Shown here one piece after another: positions 1 through 12,117 of a DNA stretch of 64,000 nucleotides (positions are counted from its first letter, which is position 1; each line of letters starts with the position of its first letter). The position numbers and the translations under genes were made by a program. A model generated the notes under the pieces. It was not told the origin of the DNA, searched no databases, and worked only from the letters and a program-made list of their open reading frames with translations. Source of the stretch: Stegostoma tigrinum (Eukaryota); the NCBI RefSeq assembly GCF_030684315.1, contig NC_081385.1:29169247-29233246 (forward strand). Direction: 5' to 3'.

Positions 1-721
1 GTTGTTAGGGTTAGAGTTTTTTTTCAAAGGAACTGTCTCAATCACATCAAACTCCCTCTTTGAATAAATACAATTCTATCAATTTCAAAAGTGGCAGGGT
101 TGGCAAAGGAGGAGTTCAGTTGTCCTTGGAATGAATTTCTGATAACAGACTTTAGTTTAAAATGGGTATGACAGCTCTAAGTGTGACTGTATCCAGGAGC
201 TGCCTTTCACCCTGCCCCCTCTCCCCACATCCCTTTGAGCTACCGGGAAGCAGCTGCATCCTTTAAACTCTGATACTGCTAAAACTGTATTTTCCTGTAC
301 TGCGACTCCCAGCAACACAGGAAAGACTGATGATGGGAGATAGGAGATCTAAAAGATCAGGCCAACAGAAGTCCAAACAAACAATGATTAAGCAAACACT
401 GTCAACTCAGCACAGCAGGCAGCTTTGCAGGAAGCTGATATGAAATGAGAAAGAAATAGGCTTCAAATCTTTGGTATTCATTTCAATTACTGCTGATGTT
501 TCCAGCAGTCTCATACACATGCACACACACACACCCACCACGAGTAATTATGATATGATTGTAGCACTATATCACTCTGAACACAAGATTGTGGGTTCCT
601 GGTTTACTTCAGAGTTCTCTATCCTGGCTGGCACCCCAGTGCTACTATTTGAGGGAGGAGCCATTAAACCAAGATCTTGTTGGTCAGACTAATATTTATC
701 CATAATTTTTTTTTGTTCACA

Positions 722-2867
722 TAGATGCTTCAGGCGGGATAGAGAGGAGCTGCATTACTGGTCAAAGAGGATATCACAGCTGTGCTGAAGGAGTGCACTA
801 TGGAGGACTCGAGCAGTGAGGCAATATGGGCAGAGCTCAGAAATAGGAAGGGTACGGTAACAATGTTGGGACTGTTCTACAGGCCTCCCAACAGTGAGCG
901 TGAGACAGAGGTACAAATATGTAGACAGATTATGGAAAGATGTAGGAGCAACAGGGTGGTGGGGATGGGAGATTTTAATTTTCCCAATGGTGACTGGGAT
1001 TCACTTAATGTTAGGGATTCAGATGGAGCAGAACTTGTAAGGAGCATCCAGGAGGGTTTTCTAGAGCAATATATACATAGTCCAACTCAGGAAGGGGCCA
1101 TACTGGACCTGGTGTTGTGGAATGAGCCCGGCCAGGAAGTTGAAGTTTCAGTAGGGGATTACTTTGGGAATAGTGATCACAATTCCGTAAGTATTAGGAT
1201 ACTGATGGACAAAGACAAGAGTGGTCCGAAAGGAAAAGTGCTGAACTGGGGGAAGGCCAATTATAGCAAAATTCGGCAGGAGCTGGGGAATGTGGTGTGG
1301 GAGCAGCTGTTTGAGGGCAAATCCACACTTGATATGTGGGAGGCTTTTAAAGAGAGGCTGATTAGAGTGCAGGACAGACATATCACTGTGAAAATGAGGG
1401 ATAGAAAGGCCAAGATTGGAGAACCATGGATGACAGATGAAATTGTGAGACTAGCAAAGAGGAAAAAGGAAGCATACATAAGGTCTAGGCGATTGAAAAC
1501 AGACAAAGCTTTAGAAGAATATCGGGAAAGCAGGACCAATCTGAAACAAGGAATTAAGAGGGCTAAAAGGGGTCATGAAATATCTTTAGCAAGCAGGGTT
1601 AAGGACAATCTCAAAGCCTTTTATCCATCCATATGGAGCAAGAGGGTAACTCGAGAAAGGATTGGCCCACTCAAGGACAAAGGAGGGAAGAAATGCGAGG
1701 AGTCAGAGAAAATGAATGAGATTCTTAATGAGTACTTTGCATCGGTATTCACTGAGGAGAGGGGCATGACAGATGTTGAGGTTAGGGATAGATGTTTCAA
1801 TACTCTAGGTCAAATCGGCATAAGGAGGGAGGAAGTGTTAGGTATTCTAAAAGGCATTAGGGTGGACAAGTCCCCAGGTCCAGATGGGGTCTATTCCCAG
1901 GTTTTTGAGGGAAGTGAGAGAGGAAATAGCTAGGGCTTTAACAGATATCTTTGCAGCATCCTTGTGCACAGGTGAGGTCCTGGAGGACTGGAGGATTGCT
2001 AATGTTTAAGAAGGGTAGCAAGGATAATCCAGGTAATTACTGACCGGTGAGCCTGACATCAGTGGTGGGGAAGCTGCTAGAGAAGATACTGAGGGATAGG
2101 ATCTATTTACATTTGGACGAAAATGGGCTTATTAGTGATAGGCAGCATGGTTTTGTGCAGGGAAGGTCATGTCTTACCAACTTGATAGAATTCTTTGAGG
2201 AAGTGACAAAGTCGATAGATGAGGGAAGGGCTAAGAATGTCAGATACATGGACTTCAGTAAGGCGTTTGATAAGGTTCTCCATGGTAGGCTGATGGAGAA
2301 AGTGAAGTCACATGGGGTCCAGGGTATACTAGTCAGATGGATAGAGATCTGGCTGGGCAACAGGAGACAGAGAGCTGTAGTGGAAGGGTGTTTCTCAAAA
2401 TGGAGAACAGTGACCAATAGTGTTCCACAGGGATCTGTGTTGGGACTACTGTTGTTTGTGATAAACACAAATGATCTGGAGGAAGGTATAGATGGCCTGA
2501 TTAGCAGGTTTGCTGATAACACTAAGATTGGTGGAGTAGCTGACAGTGAAGGGGACTGTCACAGAATGCAGCAGAATATAGATAGATTGCAGAGCTGGCC
2601 GAAGAAATGGCAGATGGAGTTCAATCTAGGCAAATGCAAGGTGATGCATTTTGGAAGATCCAATTCAAGAGCGAACTATACAGTAAATGGAAAAGCCCTG
2701 GGCAAAATTGATGAACAGAGAGATCTGGGCGTTCAAGTCCATTGTACCCTGAAGGTGGCAAAGCAGGTTGATACAGTGGTCAAGAAGGCATACGGCGTGC
2801 TTTCATTCATCGGATTCGGCAATGAGTCTGAGTACAAGAGTTGGCAGGTCATGTTACAGTTGTATAG
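722..2867 (+). mobile_element. CR1 LINE ORF2 (APE endonuclease + reverse transcriptase), 5'-truncated and disrupted; upstream part
   Basis: ORF 782-1933 has APE motifs YRPP, MGDFNFP and SDHN. ORF 2047 onward has RT motifs QHGFVQGRSCLTNL, DFSKAFDKV, PQGSVLG and FADN. There is a frameshift near 1890 and a TGA at 2041. A PLE interrupts it at 2868. Confidence 0.95.
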
Positions 2868-3957
2868 TTCTCACACACCACCCTACCAACCTCCGGATAC
2901 AACGCATTATCCTCCGACACTTCCGCCATTTACAATCCGACCCCACCACCCAAGACATTTTTCCATCCCCACCCCTGTCTGCTTTCCGGAGAGACCACTC
3001 TCTCCGTGACTCCCTTGTTCGCTCCACACTGCCCTCCAACCCCACCACACCCGGCACCTTCCCCTGCAACCGCAGGAAATGCTACACTTGTCCCCACACC
3101 TCCTCCCTCACCCCCATCCCAGGCCCCAAGATGACATTCCACATTAAGCAGAGGTTCACCTGCACATCTGCCAATGTGGTATACTGCATCCACTGTACCC
3201 GGTGCGGCTTTCTCTACATTGGGGAAACCAAGCGGAGGCTTGGGGACCGCTTTGCAGAACACCTCCGCTCAGTTCGCAACAAACAACTGCACCTCCCAGT
3301 CGCAAACCATTTCCACTCCCCCTCCCATTCTCTTGATGACATGTCCATCATGGGCCTCCTGCACTGCCACAATGATGCCACCCGAAGGTTGCAGGAACAG
3401 CAACTCATATTCCGCCTGGGAACCCTGCAGCCATATGGTATCAATGTGGACTTCACCAGTTTCAAAATCTCCCCTTCCCCCACTGCATCCCTAAACCAGC
3501 CCAGTTCATCCCCTCCCCCCACTGCACCACACAACCAGCCCAGCTCTTCCCCCCCACCCACTGCATCCCAAAACCAGTCCAACCTGTCTCTGCCTCCCTA
3601 ACCGGTTCTTCCTCTCACCCATCCCTTCCTCCCACCCCAAGCCGCACCCCCAGCTACCTACTAACCTCATCCCACCTCCTTGACCTGTCCGTCTTCCCTG
3701 GACTGACCTATCCCCTCCCTACCTCCCCACCTATACCCTCTCCACCTATCTTCTTTACTCTCCATCTTCGGTCCGCCTCCCCCTCTCTCCCTATTTATTC
3801 CAGTTCCCTCCCCCCATCCCCCTCTCTGATGAAGGGTCTAGGCCCGAAACGTCAGCTTTTGTGCTCCTGAGATGCTGCTTGGCCTGCTGTGTTCATCCAG
3901 CCTCACATTTTATTATCTTGGAATCTCCAGCATCTGCAGTTCCCATTATCTCTGATC
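2868..3957 (+). mobile_element. Penelope-like element (Neptune-type), 5'-truncated, young; GIY-YIG endonuclease plus terminal repeat (family A)
   Basis: Open frame to the stop at 3601 contains the CNRRKCYTC linker and NVVYCIHCTRCGFLYIGETKRRLGDRFAEH. A C-rich tract and a hammerhead-bearing 3' end follow. 12-bp TSD ACAGTTGTATAG at 2856-2867 and 3958-3969. Confidence 0.93.
3824..3855 (+). ncRNA. Minimal type I hammerhead ribozyme in the PLE terminal repeat
   Basis: CU-CUGAUGA(3826-3832)-A-GGGUCUAGGCCC (stem II)-GAAAC(3846-3850)-GUC(3851-3853)-AG. Matches the conserved core and the minimal hammerheads known from PLEs. Confidence 0.85.
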
Positions 3958-4538
3958 ACAGTTGTATAGGACTTTGGTTCAACCACATTTGGAATACTGC
4001 GTATAGTTCTGGTATCCACATTACAAAAAAAATGTGAATGCTTTGGAGAGGATGCAGAGGAGGTTCACCAGGATGTTGCCTGGTATGGAGGGTGTTAGCT
4101 ATGAAGAGAGGTTGAGTAGATTAGGATTATTTACATTAGAAAGACAGAGGTTGAGGGGGGACCTGATTGAGGTCCACAAAATCATGAGGGGTATAGACAG
4201 GGTGGATAGCAAGAAGCTTTTTCCCAGAGTGGGGGACTCAATTAGTAGGGGTCACGATTCCAAGGTGAAATGGGAAAAGTTTAAGGGAGATATGCGTGGA
4301 AAGTTCTTTACGCAGAGGGTGGTGGGTGTCTAGAACGCGTTGCCAGTGGACGTGGTAGAGGCGGGCATGATAGCGTTATTTAAGATGTATCTAGACAGGT
4401 ACATGAATGGGCAGGGAGCAGAGAGATACAGATCCTTGGAGAATAGGCGACAGGTTTAGATACAGTATCTGGATCGGCGCAGGCTTAGAGGGCCAAAGGG
4501 CCTGTTCCTGTGCTGTAATTTTCTTTGTTCTTTGTTCA
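3958..4538 (+). mobile_element. CR1 LINE ORF2 C-terminus and 3' UTR (continuation of 722-2867)
   Basis: ORF 4034-4333 reads ALERMQRRFTRMLPG...LRGDLIEV...FFTQRVV. It ends in GGGCCAAAGGGCCTGTTCCTGTGCTGTA and a (TTCTTTG)n-like tail. Confidence 0.93.
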
Positions 4539-5200
4539 TTCACAGGATGTGAGCATCGTTCAGTAAGCCAGCATTTATTCCCTCTCCCTAATCACACAGA
4601 GGCATTGAGAATCAACAACATCACAGTGGGTCTGGAGTCACATGTACACCAGACGGCACGGTGGCTCAGAGGTTAGCACTGCAGCCTCACAGCGCTAGGG
4701 ACCCAGGTTCAATTCCAACCTTGGGTAACTGTCTGTGTGGAGTTTGTACATTCTCTCTGTGTCTGCGTGGGTTTCCTCCAGGTGCTCCGGTTTCCTCCCA
4801 CAGTCCAAAGATGTGCAGCATAGGTGGATTGGCCATGCTAAATTTCCTGTGGTGTTCCGGGGTGTGTGGGTTATAGGGGGATGGGTCTGGGTGGGATGTT
4901 CCAAGGGGCGGTGTGGACTTGTTGGGCCGAAGGGCCTGTTTCCACACTTAGGGAATCTAATCTAATCAGACCGGGTAACGGCAGCAGGTTCCTTCCCTGA
5001 GAAACATTAGTGAACCAGATGAGTTTTTCCCTCTACAATCAGCAACAGTTTCATGGCCATCATTAGATTCCTACTTCCAGATTTTTATTGACATCAAATT
5101 CTAACATCTGCCGTGGCGGGATTCGAACCTAAATCCCCAGGATATTATCTAGGTCTCTAGATCAGTAGTCTGATAATAATACCACTCAGCCTTTACTTCC
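4535..5200 (-). mobile_element. tRNA-derived SINE with a LINE-like 3' tail, split by an HE1 SINE
   Basis: Collinear with copies at 24053-24375 and 46165-46490. B-box-like GGGATTCGAACC near 5118-5129. Resumes at CAGACCGGGTAA after the HE1 insert. Confidence 0.8.
4655..4966 (+). mobile_element. HE1-type V-SINE
   Basis: tRNA-like head GGTGGCTCAG...GGTTCAATTCC, V-domain TGTGTGGAGTTTG...GGGTTTCCTCCAGGTGCTCCGGTTTCCTCCCACAGTCCAAAGA, CR1-like tail GGGCCGAAGGGCCTGTTTCC. CAGAC flanks both sides. Confidence 0.9.
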
Positions 5201-5840
5201 CCAGTATCATCTGCAAAAGGGATTATCTGGCCATTATTATTTCCATACTTGTGGGGCCATGCTGTTTCTAACTGGAATGCCACATGCCCTACACTGCAAC
5301 ACTGGCTATAAGTATACCAAGGGCTGTATAGTTGATTTTTTAGTACTTCACAATGCCCCAATGTCTTTTTTTTAGCTCCAATTAACACACTTCTCAAGAG
5401 TAAACCATGATCATAGTATGAACAGGTTGGAAATGAGCAAGGTTGCTAAATTTATAATAACATGATAACATAAGGAGAATAAGCACAAAAAATAAGCAGC
5501 AATCTCAAAAGGAGGGTAATGGCTAGAAAGGAAATACTGTCACCAGGGAAAACAACTCATTGGTGGATATCCACATAAACTATAAATCTTTGCAAAGCCC
5601 TCTAAATAAGTGGGATTGTATACTGTTGGGAAAAGTATGGATAATTTTACAGTGACCTCCTATGGTGGAGGAAAGGGATAGTTTTTTTCCAGCCATGTCA
5701 TCTGTGGATCTTGTTCTGTTTTATTTATTTACTGATAGCGGGCACCACTCCCAAGGAAAGCATTTTTTTTATCCCCATCCCTAATTGTGATGGAAATCAT
5801 GAACTCATCAGGATAAGAGGTATTGAGGCTTTGTTGATGT

Positions 5841-5894
5841 TTAATATAGTCACCAAGAAGATGCACATTAATATAGTCACCAAGAAGATGCACA
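5841..5894. repeat. Perfect 27-bp tandem duplication
   Basis: TTAATATAGTCACCAAGAAGATGCACA at 5841-5867 and 5868-5894. Confidence 0.95.
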
Positions 5895-7035
5895 TAAATA
5901 TAAACCAATCCCACATAACTGTTGTACTAAATCTCTATGTGAGAGTGGCACAGCCACATTTCTGGGTCATTAGTTTTGTAATCAGTTGCTGGTTTTAAAG
6001 GCATTTCATTCCACTAAGTACTGAAATGGTTCATATTGATGAGGCGCTATTTGGTTGATCCAGTGAATGTACAAATTAAGAGCCGGATTAGGTCACTGTG
6101 CCCCTCAAGCCTGTTTTACCATTCAGTAAGATCATGGATGTTCTAATTGTAACCTCAAATCCATATTCTCCCTTCTGATAACCTTTTCACCACCTTGCTT
6201 AACAAACATCTATCCACCTCTAAAGTCAAAATATTAATGAAACTGCCTCCATTTCCTCTCAATGTTGCAGCCAATAACGAATTTCTCTTTCAAATTTTTC
6301 CATGGTGCCTTTTGCCCTGCTTTCAAAACATCTTCAAATGAAGCTTTGATCTTGTCCCTCATTTATTACTTCTGAGTCATTTTAGTTCAAAGAAGCAAAG
6401 TCTTCATGAAAAATCTCTCACTAAAGCATGCTGATTATTTGCATTTTGAGGGCATCTACAACTCTTTGCCTCACTTTCATGCAGCCTAACCCTTTTATGT
6501 AACACCCCCACATAATTGGCTGCAGAGCACATCACATACAAGACATACTGCAGCAACTCACCGAGGGTCTTTCAGTAGCACCTTCCTAACCTGTGAACTC
6601 TACAACCTGAACAGACTGAGCAGCAGAAATGAACAAACATATTAACATACCAGTTATGAGCCATTCAGCCCTTCAAAGGCTGCTCTGTCATTCAATAAAA
6701 CCATGGTTGATCTGAACGCAATCTCAAACCACATACATCCTTCTCCGGATAATCATTCATCCCTTGCTTAACAAGAATCAATCTACCCCTGCCTTAAAGG
6801 TCTTCAAGGATTTTGTCTCCTCTATCTTTTGAGGAACCATTCCAAAACTCACAAGCCCCTGAGAGAAAAGAATTTGGCTCACTGTTTGTTTTCAATAAGT
6901 AAGATGGGCAGAGTGGCATAGCAGGAGCGTGCAGGGCCCAATACCCAGTGGTCGAGAGATCAAAACCATCCTCTGCTATTTGAGAATTTCAATGTGCCAT
7001 GACCATTATTCTGTTCTGCCCACTCTATGGGCTTG

Positions 7036-7060
7036 GCGCGGTGGCTCAGCAGTAAGCACT
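7036..7060 (+). mobile_element. 5' head of an HE1 SINE whose body lies at 10648-10882
   Basis: GGCGCGGTGGCTCAGCAGTAAGCACT matches the head of the copy at 4655, and the body at 10648 lacks a head. Confidence 0.65.
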
Positions 7061-7090
7061 GGCACTATCTACCACTTCTTCCTCCGCTAC

Positions 7091-9268
7091 TAAGAAACAA
7101 CAAAGGAACAAAGAAACCTACAGCACAGGAACAGGCCCTTTGGCCCTCCAAGCCTGCGCCGATCAAGATACACTGTTTAACCTGTCATCTATTTTCTAAC
7201 GGTCTGTGTCCATTTGCTCCCTGCCCATCCATGTACCTGTCCAAATATATCTTAAGAGACGCTAACTTGTCTGCGTCTACCACCTCTGCTGGCAATGCGT
7301 TCCAGGCGCCCACCACCCTCTGTGTAAAGAACTTTCCACTTATGTCTCCCTTAAAATTTCCTTTTCTCACTTTGAACTCATGACCCCGAGTAATTGAGTC
7401 CCCCACTCTGGGAAAAAGCTTTTTGCTATCCACCCTGTCTATATCCCTCATGATTTTGTAGACCTCAATCAGGTCCCCCATCAATCTCCATCTTTCTGAT
7501 GAAAATAATCCTAGTCTATTCAACCTCTCTTCATAGCTAGCACCCTCCATACCAGGCAACATCCTGGTGAACCTCCTCTGCACCCTCTCCAAAGCATCCA
7601 CATCCTTTTGGTAATGTGGCGACCAGAACTGTACACAGTACTCCAAATGTGGCCAAGCCAAAGTCCTATACAACTGCAACATGATCTGCCAACTCTTGTA
7701 CTCAATACCCTGCCCACTGAAAGAAAGCATGCCATATGCCTTCTTGACCACCCTATTGACCTGCGTTGTCACCTTCAGGGAACAATGGACCTGAACACCC
7801 AGATCTCTCTGTTCATCAATTTTCCCCAGGACTTTTCCATTCACTGTATATTTTGCCCTTGAATTTGATCTTCCAAAATGCATCACCTCGCATTTGCCCG
7901 GATTGAACTCCATCTGCCATTTATCTTCCCAACTCTCCAGTCTATCTATATTCTGCTGTAATTTCTGACAGTCCCCTTCACTATCAGCTACTCCACCAAT
8001 CTTAGTGTCATCAGCAAACTTGCTGATCAGACCACCTACACCTTCCTGCAGATCATTTACATATATCACAAACAACAGTGGTCCCAGCACAGATCCCTGT
8101 GGAACACCACTGGTTACAGGTCTCCAATTTGAGAAACTCCCTTCTACTACTACCCTCTGTCTCCTGTTGCCCAGCCAGTTTTTTATCCATCTAGCTAGCA
8201 CACCCTGGACCCCATGTGACTTCACTTTCTCCATCAGCCTGCCATGGGGAACCTTATCAAATGCCTTACTGAAGTCCATGTATATGACATCTACAGCCTT
8301 TCTCTCATCAATCAACTTTGTCATGTCCTTAAAGAATTCTATTAAGTTGGTAAGACATGACCTTCTCTGTACAAAACCATGTTGCCAATCACTGATAAGC
8401 CCATTTTCTTCCAAATGGGAATAGATCCTATCCCTCAGTATCTTCTCCAGTAGCTTCCCCACCACTGACGTCAGGCTCACCGGTCAATAATTACCTGGAT
8501 TATCCTTGCTGCCCTTTTTAAACAAGGGGACAACATTAGCAAGTCTCCAGTCCTCTGGGACCTCACCCGTGTCTAAGGACACTGCAAAGATATCTGTTAG
8601 GGCCCCGGCTATTTCCTCTCTCGCTTCCCTCAGTAACCTGGGATAGATCCCATCCAGACCTGGGGACTTGTCCACCTTAATGTCTTTTAGGATACCTAAC
8701 ACTTCCTCCTTCCTTATGTCAACTTGGCCTAGACTAAGCAAACATCTATCCCTAACCTCAACATCCATCATGTCCCTCTCCTTGGTGAATACCGATGCAA
8801 AGTACTCGTTAAGAATGTCACCCATTTTCTCTGACTCAGCGCATAACTTTGCTTCTTTGTCCGTAAGTGGGCCAATCCTTTCTCTAGTTACCCTCTTGCT
8901 CTTTATATATGTATAAAAGGCTTGGGATTTTCCTTGACCATGTTTACCAGCAATATCTCATGTCCTCTCTTAGCCCTCTTAATCCCTTTTTTCAGATTCG
9001 CTCTACATTCCCGATATTCTTGCAAAGCTTTGTTTGTCTTCAGTCGCCTCAACCTCATGTATGCTTCCTTTTTTCTCTTGGCTAGTCTCACAATTTCACC
9101 TGTCATCCATGGCTCCCTAATCTTGCCTTTTCTATTCCTCATTTTCACAGGAACATGTCTCTCCTGCACGCTAATCAACCTCTCCTTAAAAGCCTCCCAC
9201 ATATCGAATGTGGATTTACCTTCAAACAGTTTCTCCCAATCTACATTCCTCAGATCCTGCCTTGAATC
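7091..9268 (-). mobile_element. CR1 LINE, 5'-truncated, young, with an uninterrupted 431-aa RT/C-terminal frame
   Basis: ORFs 9202-8903, 8825-8484 and 8480-7185 (DFSKAFDKVPH, GVPQGSVLGP, FADDTK). 3' tail at about 7091-7150. Same subfamily as 722-4538, in opposite orientation. Confidence 0.95.
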
Positions 9269-10650
9269 CTACATTGATGACTGTATCAGCGCCACCTCAC
9301 ACTCCCATGAGGAACTTGAACAGTTCATCAACTTTACTCACAGCTTTCACCCCAACCACAAGTTCATCTGGACCATCTCTGATACCTCTCTCTCCTTTTT
9401 GGATGTTTCTGTCTCCATCTCTAGTAAACACCTCAAAAGTGACATCTACTTCAAGCCCACCAACTCCCACAGCTACCAAGACTACACCTCCTCTCACCCA
9501 CCTTCCTGCAAAAATGCAATCCCTTACTCCCAATTCCGATGCGAACACCACATCTGCTTGCAAGATGAGGCATTCCTCTCCCAAACATCAACTGTCTTCA
9601 TATCTCCAGGGCTGCAACATCCCCTCTTCAGTGGTTGAAAACATTGTCAACTGCATCTCTTGTGTTTCCCACACCTCAACCTTCACACCCCATCCCCCAG
9701 TAAAAACAAAGACAGAATCCCACTTGTCCTCATGTATCACCCCATTAACCTCTGGATTCAACACATCATCCTCCAGCAATTCCGCCAGTTGTAAACTGAT
9801 CCCACTACGAAGGCCATATTTCCCTGCCCACCCTTATTTGCCTTCCAGTGGGACCGCGCTCTCCGCGACGCCCTCATCCACTCCACATTCCTCACTAGCC
9901 CCACCACACCTGGAACCTTTCCCTGCAACTGCAGGAGGTGTTACACCTGCCCGTACACCTCCCCCCTCACCTCCATCCCAGGCCCCAAAAAAACCTTCCA
10001 CATCAGACAGACGTGCATACCTGCCAATGTGGTCTACGGCATCTGCTGCTCCCGGTGTGGCCTCCTCTACATCGATGAGACCAAGCGGAGGCTTGGAGAC
10101 CGCTTTGTACAGCACCTGCGCTTGGTTCATGACAAACAACAACACCTCCCAATTGCGAAGCACTTCGACTCCCCCTCCCACTCCTTGGACAATGTGTCCA
10201 TCCTGGGCCTCCTCCTGTGTAACAACGACACCACTCGGAGACTGGAGGAGCAGCACCTCCTATTCCTCCTTGGGAGCCTACAACGTAATGGTCTCAATGT
10301 GGACTTTTACTCACTTCAAAACCTCCCCACCCCCGACCTCATCCCATGACCAACCCTCCCTGTCATCTCTGCCTCCTCGGCCTGTCCATCTTCTCTCCCA
10401 GCTATCCCCTTCTCCTACCTCACTGACCAACCCCCACCTGCACTCACTATCATCACCCCACATACCTCCCCCAGCCCCAGCCCTCCTTTCTCTATTTATT
10501 TCAGATCCCCCTACCCTCCCCCATTTCTGAAGAAGGCTCCTGATCCGAAACATCAGCTTTCTTGCTCTTCTGATGCTGCTTGGCCTGCTGTGTTCCTCCA
10601 GCTCCACACTCTGTTATCTCTGACTCCAGCATCGGCAGTTCTTCCTATCT
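9269..10650 (+). mobile_element. Penelope-like element (family B): RT C-terminus, GIY-YIG and terminal repeat, frameshifted; its first 30 bp lie at 7061-7090
   Basis: YIDDC...SLSFLDV...YFKPTNSHSY...AIPYSQF and VYGICCSRCGLLYIDETKRRLGDRF. 7061-7090 encodes GTIYHFFLRY, which joins YIDDC. Confidence 0.92.
10525..10556 (+). ncRNA. Minimal hammerhead ribozyme, family B, partly decayed
   Basis: CUGAAGA(10527-10533)-A-GGCUCCUGAUCC-GAAAC-AUC-AG. GUC to AUC fits CpG decay. Confidence 0.6.
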
Positions 10651-10882
10651 CCCCATGTCTGCATGGGTTTCCTCCGGGTGCTCCGGTTTCCTCCCACAGT
10701 CTAAAGATGTGCAGGTTTGCTGAATTAGCCATGCTAAAGTGCCTAGGGATGTACAGGGTAGGTGGATTAGCCATGGAAAATGCAGGGTTATAGGGTAGGG
10801 GGAATGGGTGTGTGTGGGATGCTCTTCAGAGAGTGGGCAAGGACTCAATGGGCCAAAGGGCCTGCTTGTAGGGATTCAATGA
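10648..10882 (+). mobile_element. HE1 V-SINE body and tail
   Basis: GGGTTTCCTCCGGGTGCTCCGGTTTCCTCCCACAGTC...GGGCCAAAGGGCCTG. Confidence 0.85.
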
Positions 10883-11585
10883 CCCCTGCATTTAAAATGC
10901 GATGCACGGGAACACCCCCCCCACCCCCCCACCCACCCCGCCACCTACAATTTCCCTCCAAGTCACATAGTATTCTGATCTGGAATTATATTATTGTCTC
11001 TTCATTGCCTGTCAGTCAAGAGTCTAGAACTCCCTCTCTAACAGTACTGCGGATGTACCATGCTGTTCCTCCCCAGTACACTACAGCAGTTCAAGAAGGG
11101 TAGCTCACCATTTCTCAATGTGAATTATGAATGGCAATGATGCTGATTTGACCAGTAATGTCCAGATCCTGTGAATGAATGAAATTACCACGAATTGATC
11201 CAGCTTCTGTACCTCCCTAAAATTTCTCCATCCCAGAACCAGGCCATTCAGTCCAATGATCTATGCCAGTTTTAATGGCCCATGCAATCCTTCTCCCACT
11301 CTATTCATTTTGTTCCATGCTGTGCTCTTTTAATCCTTTCTTCTGACCTGAATTATATCAGACATATAGATAAGAATGAGGTTTGAACGTTTAGGAAGAT
11401 ATTTTTATACCTCTGTTATTTCGTATCTCTATGGTTGAATGACAAATTTATTTATATAAGAGCTTTAAAATTCCTTGTGCAGTTAAACTACATCCTAAAC
11501 ACAATTCATCAGAAACATTCTTGGTTGTACTGCCAAACGGTACATGCCTCTCTTTCACTAGTTCCCCTTGCAACCCTTGGGAAGG

Positions 11586-11683
11586 AACAAAAACAGAAGT
11601 TGCTGGGAAAGCTCAGCAGGCCTGGTAGCATCTGTGAAGGAAAAGACAGTCAGCGTTTCGGGTCCGGTCACTGTTGCTCAGAC
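11586..11683 (-). mobile_element. PLE terminal-repeat mini-insert (family C) with decayed hammerhead
   Basis: Minus strand reads TCTGAGCAACAGTGACCGGACCCGAAACGCTGAC...CAGATGCTACCAGGCCTGCTGAG. 12-bp TSD CCCTTGGGAAGG at 11574-11585 and 11684-11695. Confidence 0.8.
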
Positions 11684-11714
11684 CCCTTGGGAAGGTCAGC
11701 TAACAGTCTTCTCT

Positions 11715-12115
11715 TAGTGGCAACCTCTTTCCTCAGTAGCATTGGTTTTGGATTGAGGCCCACTTCAGGACAGCTAGTCTAAGCTGATGTCCCAGTGCAG
11801 TACTGATGGAGGGGTTCTTAAACAGAGGCTTTCTTCCTGCTTTGCTGGATGTAAAAGAACCTGCGCTATTTCTTTGAGGATAGTCTGAGGAGATCTTAAT
11901 GACTCCTGATTAATATTTAATCTTCAAACAAATTACGAACACAGATTATCTAGTCATTATTGTATTGTTGTTTGTGAGAGCCTGTTGTAAGAAATTGGCT
12001 GCCTCATGTCCTATATTGCACCACCCAGTACTTCAAAAGTTAGTGCTTTGGCATTTACGCTTTCCTGATCTTCTTATAGTCAGGAAAGGCACAAAATAAA
12101 CAGACCGTCTTTTTT
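11715..12115 (+). mobile_element. Old Deu-domain SINE (SacSINE1/AmnSINE1-like)
   Basis: TCTAAGCTGATGTCCCAGTGCAGTACTGATGGAG...GGATGTAAAAGA...AATATTTA resembles the Deu core. Related decayed copies lie near 545-700, 24490-24850, 54380-54700 (-), 57160-57490 (-), 60330-60650 and 61840-62850 (split). Confidence 0.65.
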
Positions 12116-12117
12116 CA

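Noticed and set aside
5-16. TTAGGG-like sequence at the window start
   Set aside because: Only one perfect unit is present, so it is not an interstitial telomeric array.
782-3009. Long ORFs as host genes or as an RT-based defence system
   Set aside because: They are CR1 ORF2 pieces with a frameshift and a stop. The apparent RT/GIY-YIG fusion is a nested PLE bounded by a TSD.
4655-4725. tRNA-like sequence (also near 48284 and 14584)
   Set aside because: These are SINE heads continuing into SINE bodies, and I see no complete cloverleaf.
8922-9638. Chimeric 238-aa ORF
   Set aside because: It is antisense CR1 sequence running by chance into the PLE RT frame, with no promoter or splice support.
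9208-10530. 440-aa Ser/Pro/Thr-rich ORF
   Set aside because: It is an off-frame reading of the C-rich Penelope element. The real PLE motifs lie in other frames.
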